Of a DNA stretch of 64,000 bases, positions 49,995-62,449 are shown one piece after another. Within the stretch, counting starts at the first letter, position 1. Each line of letters starts with the position of its first letter. Source of the DNA: Takakia lepidozioides (lineage: Eukaryota; Plantae; Bryophyta); the NCBI GenBank assembly GCA_030704615.1, contig CM060733.1, positions 2,976,001 through 3,040,000 on the forward strand, in the 5' to 3' direction. The notes below the pieces were generated by a model. That model saw only the letters and a program-made list of their open reading frames with translations, was not told where the DNA came from and searched no databases. The translations under genes and the position numbers were made by a program.

Positions 49995-50205
49995 TACCAA
50001 CATATCAAGTTTTCCTTCAAAATGAGCATCAACTTTCTTGAACAGCTCCTCTCGAGCTTCCCGTGATGAAACATTGCACACAGAACCTTCCACCTTCAAG
50101 CCTGCCTCGCTCCATGATTTCAAGCGGTCATTGAGGGTCCCTTCCGATCTTCCACAGGTGTATACAGACACTCCCAGCCCCGCTAGCTCTTCCACCATGG
50201 CATGG
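49995..50205 (-). pseudogene. Tropinone-reductase-like short-chain dehydrogenase, isolated exon fragment
   Basis: HAMVEELAGLGVSVYTCGRSEGTL...W...GLKVEGSVCNVSSR..REELF..V...F.GKLDMLV; flanking exons (TGGTKGIG, NNAG, YxxxK) not found. Confidence 0.8.
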
Positions 50206-50832
50206 CTGCCAGCTTCCAAGTGGTATATCAGAACCAACTTACAGTGCTTTTGCAACTCTGGAGTAAGTGTCAAGTTTCCCAAATTCGATGGACTAGGTAA
50301 CAGCTTAATGGATCTCTCCCACCATCTGGGGAAAGGGTCAGTAGCCCACCAAAGACAAAGGTGACTTCGCTCGCTAAATTTTAGTTGCCTACTGCATTAA
50401 TACAAAGAAAGCCAGTGCTAAAATACTTTGTAGAATTCTGGAAGATGAATGGCGAGGGCTAGTTGGATAGAGGGTGATGAAACCCAAATTGATATCCCCA
50501 ATAATTGATCAATTACCAATGTAAAAGATTACTGGACGCATTCACAGATACCAGGCTGATCTTCTCACACAAACACCCGCTCAAAATGCTAGGGTGACCT
50601 CAGCACTGTCAAAATGCTTTGGCTTAAAGAGATAATGGGGTGAGTAGCATCCGGTGCACAAAATCTCTTCACTGGCTGAAAGCCCACTAGAAAATCGAAT
50701 CTTTGTCAAACTGTTTTATTCCTCAGGCGACGAAGGCCAGGGATAAACTACACTCAGCACACCATGTTACCAATGCTCATTTTGTGCGTCTCTGTTGCCG
50801 CTTAGGGTGTGGTGGCCTATCCCCGATTAGAG

Positions 50833-50934
50833 ACCTATGACCGCACATTCACATGTCCTATAAACGGATGTATCTCTACCTATGCCCGCACATTCACATG
50901 TCCTATAAATGGATGTATCTCTACCTATGACCGC
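50833..50934. repeat. 45-bp tandem repeat, about 2.3 copies
   Basis: ACCTATG starts at 50833, 50878 and 50923. Confidence 0.85.
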
Positions 50935-51031
50935 AGAGGCCACCATGGAACGGTTATAGGTCTCTTCCAAGTTCCAAGTTCCAACTTCCATGATCCACCT
51001 GGCTGACACCGAGGTCTCTAGTTTGTACCTT

Positions 51032-51500
51032 TTAACCCTTGAAGGACGAGCTATTTTTTGGTGGGCCCACTGAAAAAGAGTACATACACTTATGGATGGG
51101 GGTGTAACTTCTTACCCCCAATCATCCAGGGGGATGAACCTTATACTTATGTGCATATCTACTATGTACACGTCCTGTAAAAAATGTAGGCAAATTGACC
51201 ATTGCATTTGGGAGATTATAACAAAATAATATGCCCCAATTTGTAAACATATTCAAAAATTGCATGCAAAAAATTGTTTGACCATAAAATTACAGTATCG
51301 AGTTGAATCTTCCTACACAAAGGCCCTCCATAATCTGATTATATGGCACCTAAACCACTGCCTCCCACAAAAATCAGACCCAAATTCCAAAAATTCAGAT
51401 AGGCTGCTTTGTATGTGAAATCTGGGGGGGTAAAGTGTCTTGTTTTGGCTTCTTTCACAATTACACCCATGAGATGATATTTTTTTTCCAATTCCTGTGG
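51032..51500 (+). repeat. Non-autonomous repeat beginning TTAACCCTT; related to 47743-48000 and, inverted, to ~47300-47400
   Basis: TGGCACCTAAA...TTCCAAA...GCTTTGTATG.GAAA...GGGGGGTAAA is shared with the reverse complement of 47310-47400. Confidence 0.55.
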
Positions 51501-52239
51501 TTAGTAAGTGCCCAGTAACATTTCATAGTGCCCTGTCCAAAAAATTTGGGATTATGATAAATTTTCAGCCCTAGATGTTATTTTGAAAATTGCCCATTTG
51601 GCTGCCACGAAGGCAGGTCAATGGTGCTCTAACATTGGATTTACTGACCCCTTGGCACTTTGAAAAATTCTAGGGAGCAGAGCCTTTATGATTTTTTTGG
51701 TGCACAAATTGATCTGGGGTCTTGCTTCTCTATCCATGCTTCCATTTTGTATGAGTCTGGTTTGTAAATGTGAAGGCGCTGTAAATTCCCACACATGCTC
51801 CTCTCTGACATCCACAATTTATCTTGAGGGTTCACTTCCATCCACTATCATCCACTATCAAACTGGAGCGTGGCAAAAAACTGGCGCGACCCGAATCGGG
51901 TCGCGTCGTCCTTTGTGTCAGAGCCCAAGGTAGAGGATGACTTTTTCACGGAGGGAAAGGGCACCAGAGCCTTAAAATAATGTAAGGGGGTGAAAGCTGG
52001 CTTGGACCCACCAGTACTTATTTTATTATTTACGCATGCATGTTCTGGACTGACGAATGTAGTGGCAGGGATGAATTCTCAGCGAGATTCATTCATCCGA
52101 TAGGGCCGCGGCAGTCCCCGCGACACTGACGGTGAACCTGATTGAAATGATGACCTCAGTTTACAAGAGGCAAAGATGCTTCTAAACAATCTCCTTCAAC
52201 AGGTGCGAGGGAAATTTTGAGTTGTTATGATAACATCAA

Positions 52240-54188
52240 AGCAATAGAGGTCGCACGCCTTCACTAAAAGTCAGCGAAAATCTCGAAGTTCGAGACTATT
52301 CTAAATGTTTTGCAACAATTGAAGTACCTCAAAATGTCAATGAAGCATTGGAAAGCGATGAAGTTGATGGATGGGAGAATGCTATGCAAATGGAGTATCA
52401 GTCGTTCATTAAAAATGGAACGTGGGAACTCACTGGTTTTCCAAATGAAGAAAAACGACTGGTTGTAAGTGGGTTTTTGCTAGAAAATACAAAGAGGATC
52501 GAATGATTGATGGACTCAAGTCTAGATTGATTGTTAAGGGATATTCATAGACGGAAGGAGTGAATTACTCTGACACTTTTTCACCAGTTGTGAAGATGGC
52601 ATCAATCGGGACTTTACTTGCATGGGCAGCGTCAAATGACCTAGAGATTCATCAAGTGGACGTTAAAACGACATATTTGAATGGTGATCTTAAAGGGGAA
52701 ATTTACATACAACACCTAAGGGCTTTGTGATAGCAGTAGTTGAAAAAAAGTTTGCAAGCTCAGAAGATCTCTTTATGGGTTGAAACAGTCTTCCTGAGCA
52801 TGGTACCAACGCATGGATGGATACGTAATGGTTTGAGGATTTGAAAAAGGAAGTGCCAAATGTAATGTCTATATGAAGCGAGCACGAAAATGCTTCGTCG
52901 TCTTATTACTGTTTGTGGATGATGCTATCTTGTTTGGCAATCGCTTAGACTATATCAAGGAAATAAAGAGTATACTCGTAACAGACAGATATTGAGATGG
53001 TGGATTATGGCGAGATCCAATACTGCCTTGGAAATCACATTATTTGTGACCAAGAAAAAATACTGATTCATATGAACCAAAACCGTTACCTTGAAAATGT
53101 GTCGAGTGAATTCCAAATGGATGACTGTAAGCCAGTCTGAACATGGCATGGAAGCGAACCTCAAATTGTCTATGGAAATGTGTCCTTCTTCAAGACAAAA
53201 ACAAGAGCAAATGAGAAAAATTCCATACAAAGATGCAATTGGAAGCTTGATATACTCATCCACTTATACAAGACCTGATATTATTTTTGTTGTCAATGTT
53301 CTGAGTCGATTTATGGAGAATCCAAGTAATCTCCATTGGGATGCAGTTAAGCCGGTGTTCATATACATCAAAGGGGTTACCATCGATTTCGGAATTTCTT
53401 TTGGTCCCAACAAATGCTACTTGCAACAATGATGGGATCTTGCGAGGATATTGTGACTCAGATTATGCAAGAGAAATGGATACTAGAAAATCCACATCAA
53501 GCTCTTGTTTCACCTTTAACGTTGGAATAATTTCTTGGCATAGCCAAAAGAAGGCGGCTACAACACTGTCAAGCATTGAAATGGAGTACATGGCTGGCAT
53601 TGAAGCTGCTAAGGAAGCAATATGGTTGAAGAGGTTGCTGAAGGATACCGGGTACAAACAAACCGGACTTCTCAACATTGATTGGGATAAGCAAAGTTTC
53701 ATTGCGCTAACAAAATTTACCAAGTATCATGGTAAAGAAGCAAATTGCAATGCACTTCCATTTCATCCGGGAAAAGGTGGAGGAAGGAGAAATGTAGTTG
53801 GAATATTGTCCAACACAATTACAGGTTGATGATATATTTCCAAAACTGCTGCCTACGACTAGTTGTGTAGTTTTGAGTTTCATAGAGAGCGATTAAATGT
53901 TCTACCACTGACTTGGCAAGAAAACTGAGCAGGAGTGTTAGATATAAGCTTTCCTCCCAAGTCAACTATACATAAATAGTTCAGCGGTGCAACATTATCA
54001 CTGCACAACAGTGGCCGCTATCTAAAGATATATTCCGTAGATATCAGAAGGAGATTAGAATAATAGACATCCTCCCCAAGTGGATCGGAACTCGTGCATA
54101 TACTTCTCTCATTATATTCATTTGATACTCTTCATTCCTCAACATCTTATGATCTCCTACTAGTGGGTTTCTCAATATTTTTCCAACA
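52240..54188 (+). mobile_element. 5'-truncated Ty1/Copia remnant (RT, RNase H, PPT, 253-bp 3' LTR at 53936-54188)
   Basis: W..AM..EY.S..KNGTWEL; YSDTFSPVVK; HQVDVKT.YLNG; LFVDD; PYKDAIGSLIY..TRPDI; GYCDSDYA; PPT TGAGCAGGAG then TGTTAGA...TCCAACA. Confidence 0.9.
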
Positions 54189-56584
54189 TATGCCTCTCAT
54201 GCGTCTCATTTTATCTGAAGAATCACTTTACTTGAGGATTTCCAAGGGGCCAAGGGGGTGCCACATATACTATGCCAGGGTTGTTGATACATTAGCTAAT
54301 AGGGTCTCTCATTTCCACATAGATATGCCTCAAGTTGAAGAGGAGGTAAATTAAGAAAACAGTGGTTATAATATCCGTGTGTTTCAAAAAGTCAGGGCTA
54401 ATGATAACCACACCGTAGACTATTGAGAGAGAGCATATCTTCAACATCCTGCAGAAAGTCACCTGCCAGTGATCCCAGGGCCCACTCCTGAGTGAGTAGT
54501 GTATCAAAGTGCCAAATTATGGATCAGTCGAGAAATAGAAAGTAGAGCTCGAACATACCTTGCCACCAGCATGAGCATCAATAAAGAACACACATGAAAT
54601 GAGCTGGAAGGTTGACTTGAAAACACACGGGCTTTGTTTTGTGAGATCAACTCTCCTACTGAGGTACTTACTACTGTTTACTAGAAGGATTGGAAAAAGC
54701 TCAAGGTAATACTGATTGTGTTTGCACTGAGGTCTATCATTTCAACCCAGATGCTCGCATAAGCATGAAAGGGATGTGAATGAAAGACTTCATTCAAGGC
54801 ACATCCAACATGCATAGCCATAGAAGTGCAACCCTTAGAGGAAGAGAAAACCATTGCCCCCAAAAGAGATGCAAGTCTTGAGCCAGGAAAGTACCCCTTG
54901 CAACGGCAAGCCAACACGCTTCGCAAGCTCCATATACACCAATGACATGATGAGTGGCAAGCCTTCAGTCCATGAGAAACCCACGATAATGACAACAGTG
55001 TGTGACGTGTCGGGCATATTGCCAAGACTTGTTACTTGAAAGAGAGAAGTTTGAATGATATGACTGAAACAAAGTTTTAGTTGCATATCTCTAGGAAAAG
55101 GCCTGACAAAGGGAGGCAACTGCTCTTTCGTAGTTTGCAAAAATATCCAGTTGTGTCCGAGTTCACTTGCAGATAGCACGTGGTATTTGTTAGAGTAGAA
55201 AGGTTTCTCTGCGATTATGGCTTGGAAAGTTCACTTTGGCTTCCTTTTCTTACAGAGGGATACGTTTCTATGCATTTGAAATTGTTGGAGTACTAAGTTG
55301 CTAGTTGTGGGGGGGGGGACAGACATTCACGTAGCCCTGTGTGCAAGTAGAGCGGTATATTACAATGCGAATGATTAACTCCATAAAAAATTACATGTAT
55401 GGAGAACTACGGTGCTGACAAATACATGAACCTGGGCAATTCATGTAACATCATGGTCCTTGAACGGCGACAAGGCATGTCCTTTGTGTTCTCCTGGTCT
55501 GCAGGACTAGCATGTCAGGCCAATTAATCTGAAAAGATAGCAGAGTGGGGAGTCTTGGAAATAAGGAAGTTACCTTCAAGGGGGTAGACAGGCTCAAGCT
55601 CAGCAACCATACTCTCCAGCTGAGCTTCAACTTCCTCAGCCGTGATTCTTGGATACCTACAATTCAGGAGTGGCGTTAAAAGCATCCCAGAACAAGGGGC
55701 TGTATCACCAAATCTACAGTGACATGTACAAGAAACCAGAATAACCACCAGTTAGTTTTCTATAGGGAGGGAACCATGTGAAGGTGTTCAGCTATAGAGA
55801 GATGATGCTGGTAGAATCCAGCATAAATAAGAGCCTCTTCCTCTTATGGGTACTGGCTCCTTTAAAAAATGGGCCTAAAGTTGTTCAAGTAATGGTAGGG
55901 TCTTCAACTACGTGAATAATTAGCTGTTTCGGTAACCTAATTCCTAGGGGGCTTATTCATGAATCATTACCTCTACTTCTATTAATTTATTATGTCATGG
56001 TTTGCATTTTTTTTGGGAGCCCTGCGTGTGCAGAGTCCCCTAGGTACTACTAAAAAGTAAGTAGTAAGTAGTAAGAATAGATAGTAAGATGCAAGGGAAG
56101 AGAACCCGGCTCTCTTTATATACCTCAGGGGGCGATGGGACCCTCCTAGAATGCCGCTGACCCCTCAAGCGGTGGGACCTTCTAGAAGGCTGCCCTGACA
56201 CACGTCACTCCTACAAACCACCACGCCTGCTTACCCCAATCTAACCATGAACCATCCCCTATTTAATAGGTCTTACCCCCCCCCCCCCCCCCCCCTACAT
56301 GACAGTTATTAATTGAACTCCTGTTGTAGCTTACTATAACTCCCGCTTCATAATTCCTGGACCACTGTCTAATCCCCACACCCCCTTTCAAACCTGGGCC
56401 CCTTATTAAGGACAACAGTTACATAGTTTCTTTGGAACGAAAAGGACAACCTTGACAAATTATACAATTCGGAACAAGTGCTCATCTGACTTTCCTTTTG
56501 ACTATGGATAGGACGGTAGGAGAGCTTCTTGCGAAGACTTGGAAATGCCCCTATTATGACGTTGACCATTTTGATTCAGAGGAC

Positions 56585-56790
56585 TAATTGCAAACTCAAG
56601 AGTTTGAGGAGTGATAATGGCGGAGAGTTCACCTCTACTACATTCAAGGAGTATTGTAGGCAGCACATAATCCAGATTTCACTATAGTTCCATACAAAGC
56701 TTTCCATAATCATAGCTGAACAAATGATTTAAACCCTAATAGAGAGTATTCGCAACAACAAGTTCGATAAGGCATTGTGGGCAGAAGCAC
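56585..56790 (+). pseudogene. Ty1/Copia integrase fragment
   Basis: KLKSLRSDNGGEFTS...FKEYC...LWAEA. Confidence 0.75.
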
Positions 56791-57789
56791 AAAAGCATCT
56801 CCGACCAATACATCAGAGGCGGGGGATCACATGGTTGGGCAGCAAAAACAGAGAGGGCGGCAGACACAGAGGGGGGGCGGAGAGGAGGGTAGCACCTGAT
56901 GTGGGATCACAGATTTGAAGGGGAGCAGCGGCGGGGACATCACATGATAGGGCAGCAGAGACAGAGAGGGTAGCGGAGAGGAGGGTAGCTCCTTGGGAGG
57001 GATCAGAGATAGGAAGGGGAGAAGAGGCGGGGGCAGCAGAGTATTCCCTTGGGGGGTCTAAAAGAAGACTGTGATGCAGAACAGTATGAGAGGGGATGGA
57101 ATTGACATCAACTTCGACAAAAAGGAAGGATGGAAAAGACAGCGCTCGGCAGGCTTCATCAATTATTCATACGACCCCTTTGGTGACATCTCCTCCTCCA
57201 GCTCCTCAGATTTTCAAGTCTCTCAGATCCAAACTCAACATGCTCCCTGCTTGACTCAACTCCCACTGGATTCGGCGGTTCCGTCCACACTCCTGCCATC
57301 TCCAACACCTGACCTGACGACATCCGCCCCCCTTCCTGTGAGTCCCCTTTTACCAGCTTGGTCTATTCCCATTCTTTTTTTCTATGTCAATCCTAGGCTC
57401 AGGAGTAAATGCAAAATTTTATGTCTCTTGCCTATCCATTCCCTCCCCTCCTCTTGGAGGGTCATTCCGGCCATTAAATACCCGCCAACCCAACACGACT
57501 TCTGATCCTGGGACCTAACAACCTCCCTCTTGCCACCCCGATCTTGGTCAAAACCTCTCTGCAGAACACTGATAGATTCATACCTTTAAACACTTCGGGA
57601 ACTCCGCATAGACTGTCTCTAAGTACCCCAATCATATTCGTCCAGCTAATTAAGAACCTGATCCACACAACGTCTCCAACCCACTTCTGGTTACCCTCCT
57701 TCATCCCCTCTGACAAGAGAACAAGATTCCGTTTTTTCTCCTACAGGCCATCAAATGATACTCAATCCCTCAGCCTGTCTTCAGCCATC

Positions 57790-57870
57790 CATGCAAGTTA
57801 ACTTATCCTCCTGGAACATTCGTGGCTTGGGGTCCGATCAGATGGCGCTGAAGAAAATCAAGCTATTGTA
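57790..57870 (+). pseudogene. Possible L1 LINE endonuclease start
   Basis: LSSWNIRGLG motif downstream of S/P-rich ORF1-like sequence; very short. Confidence 0.4.
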
Positions 57871-59079
57871 AGCAAAAAAGAAGGGTCATGGTACCCATGC
57901 CACACATCCCGTTAGTACTCCATTCTATCCGTGACTGCAACGAGAAAGCCTGGTCTAAATGGATTATTTGACTTCTTGTTTTGAAGTAACATGCTAACTG
58001 TCTTTCTTAACTATCATCCCAGGCAAGTAGTTGCATTCCTTTGATCCTTCCTCTTACTTCTTCTGCCTTTATATTTGCATCATTCACTGTTTGCAAATGA
58101 CATTGCAGTGCCGCTCACTTCATACTTCAGGTGCGATCATGCTTTGCTTCAATGCTAACAACTCGATCTTACATGGTTATGCAGGCAATCTGGTGGACGA
58201 CTTACCCTCTACTTCCTGTGATCAACCTCTATTTGTAATCTTCCCGGCATGTTAGTGGAATTGCTCAAGCTTCATTCTACGTGAATACAACTCGCATGTT
58301 GGATCCTATGCTCAATGATCATTGTCACTCATTCTGATGCTAGCTAAACATGACCATCGCCTCAATGTTAGTTGCTACATTCTACTTCAAATCTAAAATG
58401 ATTCATATACCCCACACTTCATCACGGTGAACTCAGTACTTTACTTCGTAGCCGAAAACTAGAACCAAAGGAGAGACATGACAATCTGGTCTCCACTAAT
58501 CTTATACTTGGGCTAATCCCTAACTCCACCTTATCCCGCCGCCTCCTTCACGTGATTATTTAACAATACTTAAGATCCTACAGCTTTTGGACATCAAGTA
58601 TGGCAGCCACCGGGTCTTATCCCCCTCTGTGCCACGGGCAAATCTACTTCTAAGAAGATACTATACCTACGTGTTTTGTTTCTCAACCACCCTTTTAGCT
58701 GCATGCCAGTTGCTAATATTTAATATGGCCACCCCGTTCCTAAATTATTGTTGCATCTCCTATATTTCCGTGATTTCATCCTAGCAATGATAAATCGATC
58801 CTTCTCTCATATTTCATCCCTCTGCCAACCCGTCATCCATCTGGTACTCAATCCATGTTTGAATGAAAAATTGGCAATTTCATCCGCTTCTCCTTAATGA
58901 AAAATTGCGACTTCATTGCATCCTTGAGCCCCCCATAACCCTCCGTGCTCTAGCTTTCTTCCGCATTTCCTTGTTTCACATGCCTTTGCCCTACAGATGT
59001 AAGCACTCCCGTTTTTAGCTGGCTGGCCCTCCAGTCAACGCTTACTCCAGCTGACGTTTTGTCACTCAGGAATATGAGT

Positions 59080-59530
59080 TTTGAATCCCGCCATGAATCC
59101 CGCCATACTTTAGGCCACTATTTTCCAGCTCTTTCTTGCAATGGTCAGCTCATTTCCCTTTGAATGCCTTGCTACATAGGCTCGTTGTTGTGCAAATTGG
59201 TAAGCTCATTTCCTTTGAATGTCTTATTGCATAGGCTCGTTGTTGTGCCTTCTGTGCTAAACCTACATTGTCCCGCAATGTGCTTTCAAGCTCATGAATT
59301 AGCGTGATCTCTTCCTCCATCATCCTTTGCCTTGCTGCCTGGTCATCATTGAGCTCCACTAGCTCCGCAATCTGTCGACACGTGTTGTCTTTTGGTTTTC
59401 CATGAATTGCAATTATTCTCTGCCTCAATCTTCCGATCATGTGTTCCGCCAGATTCGTTGTAGTGTGGGTAATGTAGCGCCAGGTGCACCCAACATCCTT
59501 TCTTTTGTGTCCAATGTCCATAGATAAACA
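59080..59530 (-). pseudogene. Decayed Ty3/Gypsy integrase C-terminal region
   Basis: H....LAE.MI..L..., RDNV..AQ..Q.RAY and a degenerate L...W.GP-like segment. Confidence 0.45.
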
Positions 59531-60224
59531 CAAATGGCAGTTTCTCCGCTCCTCCGTATTCTTCCGTCACTGAGTGCAACAATCGCGTTTGTAGTTCAGT
59601 TATAACTGCTGCCCCCCAGACATTCTTCTTTTCACTGCGCGTGGTGCTCACGCTTGACGTTTCATGGGTATGTTCTCGAGTGCTCGTCGTGCATGTTCTA
59701 CTTTCGCCGTTTGTCATTGCATTTCCGCTTGTGAGATTTTGCCCTGTCTCCTTGCCTTCTCGTTCTTCCCTTGTGTAATTAGGCTCTTCACCAGTCTGGA
59801 AATAATACCCTTCTGCCTTCAAATGCACATTTTCTTCACATCTTTCGGATCGTGTTTAAACCATGTTGATTCGGGACAGGTCTCTCTCCTCATTCACCAT
59901 GTGTCGCTGCTCCTTGCCAACCAGCATCCCTCGGCAGATATTCCATGCTGCCATCACGTTGCTCCACTTACTCGTATCTTTAGTTGTAGTGGCAGTTGCT
60001 TGGTTCGCCGTTGTGTTTGCAGCCCGAACGTCATCACATACCTGCTCAGCTGCTCTTATGCTTACTGGGTACCCCTGTTCCCTTCTTGTGATCTCTAGCA
60101 TATCCCAATCAGCAGTAAGTGACCTCCTTGTGCCTCCCTTCCTTTTGCACTTGCACTGTATTACCCTCTGCACGAATGTTCTTTTTTCCTTTGGAATGAG
60201 CTGCACGTCCTTTCCATGCCGACA

Positions 60225-60920
60225 CACTATAGGAAAAGGGGGGCCTTTGCGACGCCCGCGCCACACCGCAGTGTCAGGAAAACGCCCTTTTCGGGCACGC
60301 GGGAGGCGCAGAATTTGCGACGCCCGGCCGTCGCCCTGCAGTCGCAAGGGCGTCGCCAAAATGACGTCGCAAAAATACAACATATGGGGGTCGCGAGCCC
60401 CCGCCCCAACTCTCGCGACTGCCGGACGTCGGTTTTTCAGGTCGTCCGCGCTGATGGCAGGAGCCTCTTTGAGCGACGTCTCGCCGTCGCGGCCCTCCAG
60501 CCGACGGCGTTGGTGGGGGCGCCGGCGCGGCGTCGCATCCCCCCCTTTTTTTTTCTAACCTGCCCGAGAGTCAGCCGGGTGGTACGCCAAGCGACGCCCA
60601 TGCGTCGCTGCAAGCGACTATTGGGCGTGGAACAAAACAGCAGGAGTAGGTCTCCGCCACGCCCGGGCGTGGGTTGTTGCAACGCTGAGGCGTCGCTTTT
60701 GTTTTAAATTTAATCAAAAAAAAAACGTGGCGCAGGCAGGGTGGCGGTCTCCGCGACGCCAAGGCGTTGCGGCTTCTAACCCCCGGACTAAAAAACACGT
60801 CGCAGGGGGTGTCGGGCGTTGCCGCCCGCAAATGGGGTTTGTGACGCCCGACCGTCGCTGCTTGCGACCCCCGCCCAAAAAACACGTCGCCATTGGCGAC
60901 GTGCTGCAGTCGCGAGGGCA
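60225..60920 (+). mobile_element. Left terminus and subterminal repeats of a CACTA (EnSpm) element
   Basis: CACTATAGGAAAAGGGGGG at 60225, then an abrupt shift to GC-rich DNA with many GCGACGCC/GGCGTCGC motifs in both orientations; the other end was not found in the window. Confidence 0.72.
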
Positions 60921-62449
60921 GCCTGGTGGGGGGGGGTTGGGGGTTCATTTTTGGGATGAATTGGGGGTGGTTTTTTGTTTTTTTTTCCTGGATTTGTATT
61001 TGGGGATGGGAGAACTTACAGTTCCATTTCTCTGAGTTAGCAGGTACACAATTGAGCAAGCATGAATCGAGGGTGAGGACGGTGCGACACATGAATAAGA
61101 TGGAAGATGGAAAGATGGAAATATATTTACAAGAAATGAGCTGAAAAGCTCACAAGGGTTCAGTAGACTGACCCTGGGACCTACATGGACTAGGACTAGT
61201 CATCCTCATCCTCATCCTCAGTGGAGGACTCAGAGCTATCCGATGAGCCTGATGACTCCACGCCCTTTGCCAGAGCACGTAAATGAGGCGGCGTTCCCCT
61301 AAGTCCCACAGAGCTCTCATCCAATCCCTGGGCATGACCCTCGACCACATCCATACTAGTGTCGTGTAGTGCACTCATCCCCTCTGTGTTGGCCATGTTC
61401 TTCATGAGGGATTGCCAACCATGCTCATTGGCGTAGTTGTACTCTACCATACGTGGCTTCCTCTCAAATGCGCGTTGCTACACATGCCACAAATTAAAGT
61501 CAGTTCTTCGCGATGATGGAGCCAGAAAGAAGACATAACAAAATCCATGGGGAAGTACGACTTACAAATCGCAAGATAAAACCCTTGGATCCGCCGGCGC
61601 CCTACTTGTGTGTGGATTCGTGCTTGTCAAGGCGGACTGTTGTTGCTTCGCGTGCCCGGTCAAATTTGGCCTTGTTTGCGGCATCAGTCTCTCCCGCAAT
61701 GAGTGCATCCCACAATACCTATGCACCCCCCCCCCCCTCCAACTAGCAAGGCTAGGTATTTAAATCTGTGATATCCAAGTGTTCCTTTCTTTTTTAAGAA
61801 AACCCTCCATGACACCCATGGGGTTTTAGTAAGTATGCTTGGATTACAGCTTGCAGACAGTAAATCTGTATGACTATGTGACCTGCACCACATCAAGGCC
61901 AAAATATGGCCAAGTACCCGCCATCCCACCCAGACCTCTGTAAGTGTATCATGATCTTGACTGGTGGTCAATCAGCATCAGTGGCATAGTCTCTGGATTA
62001 TGAATAATACTGACATGAACACATTACTGTGCATGGATGTAATTCTGGATTTTCTAAAGCTTGATTGGTGCCACTGTTAAGTGGCTTTATGTCTGATTAT
62101 TCTTCTTATTCATGACTACGACCCTAGGGGTCTTGTATTTGTCTTGACATGACAAAAAGTATCTTCCCTCTCTTCCTGTCCAGTATGCTTAGTGGTTTCT
62201 GCATACACTATCCATTGACTATCATGCTGAACTTCCAGCATACCCTGTAATGTGGTTTATTTCCAAGAGAACACACTAACATTCCTTTTTTGCAGAAGTC
62301 CATCATGACCGACACGGAGTGGATTGACGAGATGCAGAATTTGGGATACCAATACCCACTGCCCACTACGATCCCTGCAATTCAGGCAGTGCTGGAGCAT
62401 ACATCGCTCCCAGATTCCCAAGATACTGACCAAGTACTTGAGACGAAAC

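Noticed and set aside
56277-56296. Poly-C run as a G-quadruplex or regulatory element
   Set aside because: An isolated homopolymer, probably a retroelement polypurine tract on the minus strand; its length is unreliable and nothing else supports a function.
60216-61092. Arg/Pro-rich ORFs or a CpG-island promoter
   Set aside because: Explained by the GC-rich subterminal repeats following the CACTA terminus.
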